Assembly: GCA_944372425.1 (NCBI GenBank)
Contig: CALVZC010000003.1
Span: forward strand, 6,570-70,569
Reading direction: 5' to 3'
DNA length: 64,000 nt
Origin: an uncultured Bacilli bacterium
GTDB taxonomy: Bacteria; Bacillota_I; Bacilli_A; RF39; UBA660
Shown here: positions 19,491-27,522 of the stretch, piece by piece
Numbering within the stretch: the stretch's first letter is position 1
How the letters are laid out: each line of letters begins with the position of its first letter
The notes under the pieces: model-generated
Told to the model about the DNA's origin: nothing
The model's database searches: none
Seen by the model: only the letters and a program-made list of their open reading frames with translations
Position numbers and translations under genes: made by a program

Positions 19491-20222
19491 TTATACCTCT
19501 AATCTTTCTAATAATTTATTCTTTATTTCATTAAATAGTTCTTTGTTTGAATCATTAACTTCTATACTATCTAAAAATTTCTTATAATATCCTTTATCCT
19601 TTAATATTTTTATACTCTCCTTATAATTAAAATCAAATATAAAAGCCATAGTACATAAAAGAGAATCTGTTTTATTTTTTGTATCAACAATATTAATAGG
19701 TTTACCATCATTTATATATTTAATTATTTTAGAACTAGGTGCTTCTAAAATAACATTATTATAATTTTCTATTTTGACTCGAAATATATCTATTTTATCA
19801 CTGTCTCTTATTATATTAGTAAATAATCTTTCTTTATCACTTAATGAATCAGGTACTTTATACTTGTTATGATATTTTATTGCTTTTTTTATAATTTCAT
19901 CATATTTATTATCATTAATAAAGTTACGAATTAATCCTTCTTCAAATAATATTTTAATTCCTATATCGGCATGATCTATATTTTTATCTTTAAAACCACC
20001 TGTAATAGTTACTTGTTTAAATCTTCCAATATCATGAAGATAACCAATTAATTTTGCTAGATTTTTTTCTTCTTCAGATAAATTTAATTTATTGGCAAGC
20101 TCATAACTTATATTAGCAACTTCTATAGAATGATAATACTTTAGCATTATTTTTTTATTATCTAAATTAAAATTATAAACATAATCTTTAAATTTCTGAT
20201 TAATTAAATTAAAATCGAACAT
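19491..20222 (-). CDS. HD-domain phosphohydrolase
   Basis: The H...HD signature is present (HSIEVANIS ... YLHDIGRF). It is the first gene after the T-box leader and lies 2 nt upstream of valS. Confidence 0.7.
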   Translation of the reverse strand: MFDFNLINQKFKDYVYNFNLDNKKIMLKYYHSIEVANISYELANKLNLSEEEKNLAKLIGYLHDIGRFKQVTITGGFKDKNIDHADIGIKILFEEGLIRNFINDNKYDEIIKKAIKYHNKYKVPDSLSDKERLFTNIIRDSDKIDIFRVKIENYNNVILEAPSSKIIKYINDGKPINIVDTKNKTDSLLCTMAFIFDFNYKESIKILKDKGYYKKFLDSIEVNDSNKELFNEIKNKLLERLEV

Positions 20223-20231
20223 ATTCCCTCC

Positions 20232-20425
20232 AATAAAAGAGTCCTTATATATAATATATAAGGACGAAATATCGCGGTACCACCTTAATTCGTAAAAAAA
20301 TTACGCAGCTTTATACCTATAACGCTAGTAATGCGGAGACTTTCTATTTACTTAAAAGTTCTACTCCATTGCTACCTTCTATTATATAAAGTATTAGTTC
20401 ACACCTACCACTAACTCTCTTAAAT
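20232..20425 (-). promoter_or_regulatory. T-box leader (tRNA-sensing riboswitch) with terminator, upstream of the HD-valS operon
   Basis: On the minus strand, in order:
- AGAGAG (GA/K-turn motif).
- Distal loop TGGTAGGTGTGAA.
- Candidate specifier region GAAGGTAGC at 20371-20379.
- T-box AATTAAGGTGGTACCGCG.
- Terminator hairpin GTCCTTATATA...TATATAAGGAC at 20241-20265, followed by Ts. Confidence 0.85.
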
Positions 20426-20708
20426 TTAATATAATATACTCCTCAATTTCATAGTAATTGTAAAAATTATAATACTTTTTTTATATTTTGTAAATTGTTA
20501 GTAAATATTTTTTATAAAAAACTATTTAGAAATTTTTTTAATAATAAATATATAAAATGTTCATACTAACATATTTACTATTAAGACCAAATACAAAAGT
20601 ATTAAATATATTATTATAATTTTATTAATATTAAAGAAATAACTAATAATTTTTTTATTATTAAATTTATCACTCTTTATACTTCTATTATTTATTAAAC
20701 CACAAAAA

Positions 20709-22094
20709 TTATAAGCACAAAACCAAACGGAAAGAAAAGGAGCTGTAAGCATGACCGTTGTAGTTGCCGAAATAGAACGCACCCGCGTCAGAACCGACGT
20801 TATAGATGCCACCACGGTAAAACCAAGGACCACTAGAGCGAACAAACGAAGATGTATCAGTATACCATGATGATTTACCACTTTGAAATGGTCCCATCTC
20901 TCCTGTTCCATCTCCTAATATTCTTCTAGAAGAATTATAATAATCACCATAATTATAAACATCATAATATTTGCTTTCTGGAAAGTCTATTCCTTCTGTA
21001 TAATTACTTCCATCGGTCAATGTTCCATTAAATCCGGAATTATAAGAAGAACTATTGCCAGACATTAAATTCCCATTTACATCTTTAATCACTCCCATCA
21101 CATATTCATAAGTTCCTCCTGACATATCATATATTCCTGTTATATTCCCTGTTGTACTTGCTAAATATCCGACTGTTGTATTCCACATTGCTACATCTGT
21201 TGTACTTTCCATTCCATTTTCTGTTGTTGCTGCATACCCAGTTAAATAATTAGAATTGTTATTTATTCTTACTTCATAATTTATTCCATATATAGAATGT
21301 GATAAATATGCTACTGCCCCCCATTCCGTATTCTTCATCATATGAGAATCTAACTCTCTTTGGTAATTATAACTTACTGTAAAGGCATTTGCTACTTGTA
21401 TACTTCTCCAACTGTATACATTTGGTTTTACTATTACTTTATCTACTTCTGTTGTATTCTTTTGAGCTCCACCTACGCTTGTTGCCCCACTATATCCTGT
21501 CTCAAACTTTCCTACCCATATCCCTGTAGTATTGAATGCTAAAAAGGCCGGATGAGTCATATAATCTCCCACTTCACAATTTCCACTTTCTCCTGATATC
21601 ACTGGAGTTGTACATTCTCCAGAAACACTATCACTTGTATTGGTTGTTCCAAATCTTATCTCTATTGAATGTACTTTACTTTTATCTGTTTCTATCCAAT
21701 TTGTATAATTTCCTAAATCCCATAACTTATAACTATACTTCGGTATCCATACAAAATAACTCTCTATTTCTTCTTCTGGTATTATTTCTCCACTAACATA
21801 TTCTTTATTTTCATTTTTTAATATTACTGCATTTGCCCATCTTTTTTCTTCATAATTATACCACTTACTTGTTAAATCTGCTTTCTTTACTGTTCCATCA
21901 TCTTCTATTGTTACTGGTATTAATGGTTCTTCTAACTTCGGTTCTGTTCCATTTAATATTGCTTCTACATAAATCTCATATGGACCAACTGTTGCTTCTC
22001 CACTTATTGATAATTCTGCATTAAAAGCTCCATATCCTATCGATAATCCTAAAATTGTTATTGTTATTAAAAACATTATTTTTGGTTTTATCAT
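20709..22094 (-). CDS. secreted protein of unknown function; the C-terminal signature resembles an FGE-sulfatase/C-type-lectin-like fold
   Basis: The N-terminal signal-anchor MIKPKIMFLITITILGLSIGYGAFNAE resembles the TasA/camelysin-type signal region. The C-terminus is WFYRGGIYNVGSDAGAFYFGN...SFSFRLVL. The protein is Gly/Asn/Tyr/Ser-rich. Confidence 0.6.
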   Translation of the reverse strand: MIKPKIMFLITITILGLSIGYGAFNAELSISGEATVGPYEIYVEAILNGTEPKLEEPLIPVTIEDDGTVKKADLTSKWYNYEEKRWANAVILKNENKEYVSGEIIPEEEIESYFVWIPKYSYKLWDLGNYTNWIETDKSKVHSIEIRFGTTNTSDSVSGECTTPVISGESGNCEVGDYMTHPAFLAFNTTGIWVGKFETGYSGATSVGGAQKNTTEVDKVIVKPNVYSWRSIQVANAFTVSYNYQRELDSHMMKNTEWGAVAYLSHSIYGINYEVRINNNSNYLTGYAATTENGMESTTDVAMWNTTVGYLASTTGNITGIYDMSGGTYEYVMGVIKDVNGNLMSGNSSSYNSGFNGTLTDGSNYTEGIDFPESKYYDVYNYGDYYNSSRRILGDGTGEMGPFQSGKSSWYTDTSSFVRSSGPWFYRGGIYNVGSDAGAFYFGNYNGHAYSSFSFRLVLCL

Positions 22095-22225
22095 AATATT
22101 ACTTCGCGCCTTTCATATATCAATTTATTTCTTATTTCATATACGAATTTTATCATTATTTCTTTAAATATTATGATTAAACCTATTTTGTCTTTTAAGG
22201 TAAAGCTTTCTAATTTAGTAAAGTG

Positions 22226-22236
22226 CCCCCCCCCCC
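22226..22236. repeat. homopolymeric tract: 11 consecutive C (G on the minus strand)
   Basis: Counted directly as gtgCCCCCCCCCCCactc. It lies in the 201-bp intergenic region, about 130 nt upstream of the ATG (22094) of the secreted-protein gene. Confidence 0.95.
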
Positions 22237-22296
22237 ACTCGAATGTTTGTTTGTATATTTATTTTCCATCTTCTACCTTCTTTCTATTTTATAATT

Positions 22297-23532
22297 TTAT
22301 TTTACATTATTTTTTAAATCATTTGTTTCACTTTTTGTCTTTTCCAACAAATTATCAAAATATTTTTTTATGTCTTCTTTATCACCATTTACTTTTAAAC
22401 TACCTTCCATATAAGCTTTATATTCAGCTTCTATTTCTTCTCTTTTCTTTCTTCTTACTCCATTTTCCTCTACTGTATATTCTAATCGTAATTGTGGATA
22501 TTCATCTAATGTTTTAGGATTATCAAATACATAGTTATCAAATAAATCATTTAAATCATGTACTTCGTCTTTATACATCCTAGTTGTTAACCCCAAAAAC
22601 TGTTCGTGAAATTCACGATTAGTTTCTATTTTTTCTAAATCAGCTTCAGTTGGAGAAATTCCTAATTTTTTCATATATTTCAATGCTAAAATGGAAGAGT
22701 CTAAAAATGCTTGATTTTCACCTGATAAAAACACATAATTATCATGATAATACTTTCTATCTGATTTTCCTAAAATAAAATCTTTTAATATAGTCATATC
22801 TTTTGCTGACACATAGGCATTCTTGCTTCGTACAAACTGATTTACATGAGTGATTTCATGAAAATAAGTTTCAAATAAATTCATTGAATTTCCATTAATA
22901 AATTCTCTTACAACATTCCTATCTATTGCAATATTACCATAAAATGATGAACCATAATTTTCTTTCTCTTTATCTTCAGAAATATAACAGTGTTTAGACT
23001 TTATTCCAAACATAGTTTCAATTGATTTTTCCATAAATATTTTTACAGTTTTTTCAGCAGTCTGAAGATCAACATTATATTCTTTGTTATAAATTGCTTT
23101 GTATAAAACATCAATTATACCTAATTTAATTTTATCATTTAAGTGATTATTAATTAATAAAAAGCTTAAAAAACTATAATCATCTTGATTAAGTTTTTCA
23201 TCATTAGTAATTTTTCCTATTAAACATTTTGAATGTTCTTTTAATATTTCATGATAATTAGTATCAATTAATATTTGATTTACAGATGGAATTTGATATC
23301 TATTAAGATTATATAGATTATTAAAAAGCTCATTAACTTCTGTTATATTTTTCAAATCAACTTGATTTCTAAATTCTATAATTAAACTATTTAATCTAGA
23401 TATAAGCTCCGTTAACACAGGATTTTTTGTATCACAACTACTACAAGTATCCTGAATATATTCTCCTCCACAACAAGTACATTTAGGTATTTTATTTATT
23501 TCTTTACATACATCAATAATTTCGTCATTCAT
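22297..23532 (-). CDS. hypothetical protein with an N-terminal zinc ribbon and an HExxH motif
   Basis: CTCCGGEYIQDTCSSCD at the N-terminus and FHEITHVNQF in the middle. No TM segment seen. Confidence 0.5.
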   Translation of the reverse strand: MNDEIIDVCKEINKIPKCTCCGGEYIQDTCSSCDTKNPVLTELISRLNSLIIEFRNQVDLKNITEVNELFNNLYNLNRYQIPSVNQILIDTNYHEILKEHSKCLIGKITNDEKLNQDDYSFLSFLLINNHLNDKIKLGIIDVLYKAIYNKEYNVDLQTAEKTVKIFMEKSIETMFGIKSKHCYISEDKEKENYGSSFYGNIAIDRNVVREFINGNSMNLFETYFHEITHVNQFVRSKNAYVSAKDMTILKDFILGKSDRKYYHDNYVFLSGENQAFLDSSILALKYMKKLGISPTEADLEKIETNREFHEQFLGLTTRMYKDEVHDLNDLFDNYVFDNPKTLDEYPQLRLEYTVEENGVRRKKREEIEAEYKAYMEGSLKVNGDKEDIKKYFDNLLEKTKSETNDLKNNVK

Positions 23533-23591
23533 AAAGATCCTTTAATATAAATATATTATTTTCTAACTTTAATAATTTTTTTATTAATTAA

Positions 23592-24617
23592 TCACTTATT
23601 GGGATCTACTAATATTTTAACAGCAGGATCAATACCTGAAGTTAATCTTTCATAAGCACTCTGTACTCCATCAAGTCCTACAATATCATCAATAAATTTA
23701 GTAACTTCTATAGATTTATTTGAAATCAAATCAATACATGTTTTAAATTCTTCTTTTGTATAGCCAATTGCACCTTGTACTGTTAATTCTTTCATTACTG
23801 ACATTACAGTATAAATATTTATTGCATCCATTGCTACCCCTACTAATACTACAGTTCCACCTGGTTTTACCAAAGTAAATGCACTATTAACTGCAGGAGC
23901 ACTTCCCACACATTCTATTACTACATCAAAACCACCATTTGTTTTTTTCATTAAATTCTCAATATAATTAGGATCTTTAGCATTATACCATTCATCACTA
24001 ACTCTTAGTGATACTGCTTTTTCTCCTCTTTTTTCATTGGTTTCAGATACTACTACCAAACTAGCACCAGCTTTTTTAGCAAACATACTTGATACAAGTC
24101 CAATTATTCCACCACCAATAACTAAAACTTTAGCTCCAATTTCAATTTTCGCTAAATGAACAGCATGTAACCCAACTGCAACTGGTTCAACCATTGCACC
24201 TTCTTCAAAAGACATATTATCAGGTAATTTATAAACCATATCAGAACGAACAGATAATTTTGGTGCTAGTCCTCCTGGATTAGTTAACGAAAGACCAACA
24301 GCATTATCCCAAGTAACTCTACAATATTGTGGATTACCACTTTTGCATGCTTCACAAACTCCACATGGTGATATTGGTAAAGCTGTTACTCTATCCCCAA
24401 TTTTAAAAGCTTCATTATTCCCATTATCGGTAATAACTCCTGCAAATTCATGACCTAAGACTAACTCTTTAGGATTACCACTAACCCAATAATGTATATC
24501 AGAACCACATATACCACTTTTTTTAACATCAATTATAACTTTTCCATTACTCTTTATAGGTTCTTCTCTTTCAACTACTTCAAATTTTTTAACATCTTTT
24601 AAAACAACACTTCTCAT
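23592..24617 (-). CDS. zinc-dependent medium-chain alcohol/polyol dehydrogenase
   Basis: GICGSDIH, GHEFAGVI, the structural-zinc Cys cluster CGVCEACKSGNPQYC, and Rossmann motif VIGGGIIG. Confidence 0.85.
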   Translation of the reverse strand: MRSVVLKDVKKFEVVEREEPIKSNGKVIIDVKKSGICGSDIHYWVSGNPKELVLGHEFAGVITDNGNNEAFKIGDRVTALPISPCGVCEACKSGNPQYCRVTWDNAVGLSLTNPGGLAPKLSVRSDMVYKLPDNMSFEEGAMVEPVAVGLHAVHLAKIEIGAKVLVIGGGIIGLVSSMFAKKAGASLVVVSETNEKRGEKAVSLRVSDEWYNAKDPNYIENLMKKTNGGFDVVIECVGSAPAVNSAFTLVKPGGTVVLVGVAMDAINIYTVMSVMKELTVQGAIGYTKEEFKTCIDLISNKSIEVTKFIDDIVGLDGVQSAYERLTSGIDPAVKILVDPNK

Positions 24618-24635
24618 TTTTACCTCCTTAAATAC

Positions 24636-25061
24636 TTATTTATCAAATTTTAATAAATTTAAACCAATATTGTCATCAAATTTCCTATCGACATTTCCAT
24701 CAATTATCATTATAATTATTTCACAAGTTGCGCTAACAATAGCACTATTTAAATGACCACCATAAACATTATTATTTTTATCAGCTACACTCATATGTAA
24801 ATGCTGATATACTTGTCCTTCTTTTAAAGTAATATTACCAGTTAAAGATACAATTTCAAAATCCCCTTCATAAGTATTAGAAAAATACTTTTTTTCTTTT
24901 GTATCAAAAAGACCTATAGTGAATTTACCAACTGCTCCTATGCCACTAACAAATGCAAGATTAATATTTTCTAAAGTTGCAACATCAATTATTTTTTCAA
25001 TTATATCTTCACCTTTATCTATACGTATAACTATATTTTTATTAAATTTTTGGTATTCCAT
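24636..25061 (-). CDS. PPC (DUF296) domain protein
   Basis: 141 aa. The pattern VIRIDKGEDIIEKI ... FEIVSLTGNI ... HLHMSVAD..G.VYGGHL is typical of the PPC/DUF296 fold. The gene is 18 nt upstream of the dehydrogenase gene. Confidence 0.55.
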   Translation of the reverse strand: MEYQKFNKNIVIRIDKGEDIIEKIIDVATLENINLAFVSGIGAVGKFTIGLFDTKEKKYFSNTYEGDFEIVSLTGNITLKEGQVYQHLHMSVADKNNNVYGGHLNSAIVSATCEIIIMIIDGNVDRKFDDNIGLNLLKFDK

Positions 25062-25216
25062 ATAACCTCCTTATAATATAATTATAACTCAAAATTACAA
25101 AATTTATATAAATTTAGTTAATTTTATTTTTTCTTTTTAAAAATAGGTTTTAATCATCACTAATATATTTATCTTGAATAATTTATATTAGGAATAATAT
25201 AAAAGGAGTGATTTAT

Positions 25217-25600
25217 TTGAGTGAAAGTAAAAATTGCCTTATTGATGTTTTAAAACTTATAGATAATTTGCAAAAGTGTTCATTACAAGAAGAAAATTAT
25301 GACAATTCCTGTTCAAAACCTTTCTTAGGTGGTAGCAATAACATTTTTGTCTACAATACAAGACCAGTAACTTTCTTTCTATGTGACAATACACAATTAA
25401 CACTAACTTACTATGTCAATAACGTGGCAAATACTAGTAATGTTTTTCGAATTGAAAATGTTAATGATTCTTGTATTACAGTAAGATTATTGGTTACAAA
25501 TTCTGATGGAACATTCTCATCTACTAACGAAACAGCACTTATCAATATTAATTGTATTTGTGCTATAAAATGTTTAAGTGATATAAGTCTAGATTTATAA
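25217..25600 (+). CDS. CotY/CotZ-family cysteine-rich spore coat/crust protein, copy 1
   Basis: The pattern C..VL..I..LQ....C.KPFLG....NTRP..F....SNVFRIENVNDSCITVRLL ... CICAIKCL resembles B. subtilis CotZ/CotY. TTG 25217 lies 8 nt after the GGAG; the track GTG at 25208 overlaps the SD. Confidence 0.55.
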   Translation: MSESKNCLIDVLKLIDNLQKCSLQEENYDNSCSKPFLGGSNNIFVYNTRPVTFFLCDNTQLTLTYYVNNVANTSNVFRIENVNDSCITVRLLVTNSDGTFSSTNETALININCICAIKCLSDISLDL

Positions 25601-25618
25601 GAAAGGAGGATACCTATT

Positions 25619-26008
25619 ATGTGTGGAGATAAAAACAACTGTCACGAGAATAATTGTCTAGCAAAAGTTCTTGAAAAAATTATTTTGCTTCAAAGAACTG
25701 AAAATAATCAAGAAACTGGTTGTAATAAACCTTTCCTTGGAAATTTAACAACACTTGCAAATACTAGACCAATAAATCTATATTCTTGTTGTACAAATAA
25801 ACTTTGGGAAATGCCATATAACTACAATAGTCAAACAGGAACTAGTAGTTTTTTTAGAATAGAAAATATAAATGAAAATTGTGCTACTTTTAGAATTTTA
25901 ATAAAAAATGATTCTGTATATACAGCTACTAATAACTTTTTTATAATAAATTTAAACTGCATAAGTACAATTAAATGTCTAGCAGATACATCAATATCCA
26001 ATCTTTAA
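25619..26008 (+). CDS. CotY/CotZ-family cysteine-rich spore coat/crust protein, copy 2
   Basis: Tandem paralogue of copy 1 (CLAKVLEKIILLQ, CNKPFLGN, NTRPINLY, SSFFRIENINENCATFRIL, CISTIKCL). AAAGGAGGA SD upstream. Confidence 0.55.
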   Translation: MCGDKNNCHENNCLAKVLEKIILLQRTENNQETGCNKPFLGNLTTLANTRPINLYSCCTNKLWEMPYNYNSQTGTSSFFRIENINENCATFRILIKNDSVYTATNNFFIINLNCISTIKCLADTSISNL

Positions 26009-26036
26009 AAGGTAGAAATTAATCTACCTTTTATTT
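26009..26036. terminator. bidirectional terminator hairpin between convergent genes
   Basis: AAGGTAGA-aattaa-TCTACCTT at 26009-26030 sits between the stops at 26008 (+) and 26031 (-). A T-rich tail follows on the plus strand. Confidence 0.6.
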
Positions 26037-26315
26037 TATATTTTTTATTTTACCAACTTCTAAATACGAACCATCTTCTAATAAAAGTTTATTATCAATT
26101 TTACTTAAAATTTTCGTTTTTATGATACTATCATCAAACAATATTATTTCAACATTTCTATTAAAATATTTAAAAAAATTTTCTTCTGTTAAAATGTCTG
26201 ATGTATTATTAATATTTTTTTCTTGACTTTCATTATAAAACGAATAATACGTTTTTTTATTGTTAGTTGTTATTTTATTATTAATTTTATTGATGTCTGG
26301 TAATCTTTTATTCAT
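26031..26315 (-). CDS. hypothetical small protein
   Basis: 94-aa ORF with an Asn/Lys-rich N-terminus and a beta-rich C-terminus (VEIILFDDSIIKTKILSKIDNKLLLEDGSYLEVGKI). No motif recognised. Confidence 0.4.
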   Translation of the reverse strand: MNKRLPDINKINNKITTNNKKTYYSFYNESQEKNINNTSDILTEENFFKYFNRNVEIILFDDSIIKTKILSKIDNKLLLEDGSYLEVGKIKNIK

Positions 26316-26394
26316 ATTATCACTCTTTCTATTCCATTTTATGTATTTAATAAATAATATTTACTTTTTTTATCATAATAATATTGGTGATAAT

Positions 26395-27522
26395 ATGAAA
26401 ATATTAAAAAATAATAAGATATATATAATATTTTTACTTTTATTTATTATAATAAGTTTTTTAAGTATTTATTCTTCTTCTATGTATTTATCTCCCACAT
26501 TAGGAAAGCTTTATTATAAACAAATATTTTGGTATTTAACAGGAATATTGTTAATTGCGCTAATAAGTAAAATAAAATTAAAAAATTTATATAAATATTC
26601 ATTATTGTTTTATATTATTAATGTTATTTTGTTAGCTGGACTTCTTTTATTTACAAAGTCAATTAATGGTAGCAAATCATGGTATATTATTTATGGAATT
26701 ATTAGTATTCAACCTAGTGAATTTATGAAAATTACTTTAATATTATTTAATTCTTATATAATATATAGTTTTTATAAAAAAGAAAAGGAGCTACCTTTTA
26801 ATAAAGAATTTATTCTTATAACTACTATTTTAATTTCACTTGTAATACCAAGTATTCTAACTTTTTTACAACCAGACACTGGTAGTGTTATAATTTATTG
26901 TGTTATTTCTCTTGCTATGCTTTTTGCTAGTGGTATAAATAAGAAATGGTTTATATGCTTTTTTATTGTTCTTGCTATATTATTTGGAACTTTTTTATAT
27001 TTATATTTTTATAATGAAAATCTTTTTATAAAAATCTTTGGAAACAATTTTTTTTATCGAATGGATAGACTTGTAAACTGGAATACTGGAAATGGAATGC
27101 AATTAAATAACTCGTTAATTTCTATTGGATCTAGTGGCTTTTTAGGACATGGTTTTAACAAAACACCTATGTATTTCCCTGAAGCAGGTACTGATTTTAT
27201 TTTTACTGTTTTTGCTTCAAATTTTGGATTTTTAGGGTGTATACTTCTTATAACGTTTTTTATATTTTTTGATATTTATTTACTAAATATAACTAAAAAC
27301 ATATATTCAATTCAAGATAAATGTACAACTATTGGAATACTTTCTGTTATTTTTTATCAACAAGTTCAAAATGTTGGAATGACTATTGGACTATTACCAA
27401 TAACAGGAATTACTCTTCCTTTTATAAGCTATGGTGGTTCTAGTTTATTATCATATATGATACTTTTAGGAATAATTATTAATATAGTTAATACAGATAA
27501 AAAGAAAAAAGCTTATAAATAA
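26395..27522 (+). CDS. SEDS-family glycosyltransferase (FtsW/RodA/SpoVE)
   Basis: Polytopic protein with PSEFMKI and the C-terminal signature LLPITGITLPFISYGGSSLL. ATG 26395 follows a GGTGA SD. The track extension (26260-26394) overlaps the divergent gene. Confidence 0.85.
   Translation: MKILKNNKIYIIFLLLFIIISFLSIYSSSMYLSPTLGKLYYKQIFWYLTGILLIALISKIKLKNLYKYSLLFYIINVILLAGLLLFTKSINGSKSWYIIYGIISIQPSEFMKITLILFNSYIIYSFYKKEKELPFNKEFILITTILISLVIPSILTFLQPDTGSVIIYCVISLAMLFASGINKKWFICFFIVLAILFGTFLYLYFYNENLFIKIFGNNFFYRMDRLVNWNTGNGMQLNNSLISIGSSGFLGHGFNKTPMYFPEAGTDFIFTVFASNFGFLGCILLITFFIFFDIYLLNITKNIYSIQDKCTTIGILSVIFYQQVQNVGMTIGLLPITGITLPFISYGGSSLLSYMILLGIIINIVNTDKKKKAYK

Noticed and set aside
20561-20911. 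116-aa minus-strand ORF overlapping the 3' end of the 461-aa gene in another frame.
   Set aside because: The 461-aa frame ends with a complete, conserved-looking domain signature (FSFRLVL). The alternative frame is opened by the locally G+C-rich stretch, has no SD, and then runs into AT-rich low-complexity sequence. It is mentioned under the composition-switch finding only.
25411-25638. 75-aa minus-strand ORF across the cotY/Z-like pair.
   Set aside because: It lies antisense to two paralogous Cys-rich genes that have strong SDs. It spans their intergenic region and has no start context.
26260-26394. N-terminal extension of the SEDS gene.
   Set aside because: It overlaps the divergent 94-aa gene and its upstream region. 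ATG 26395 follows a GGTGA SD and starts the expected short cytoplasmic N-terminus.
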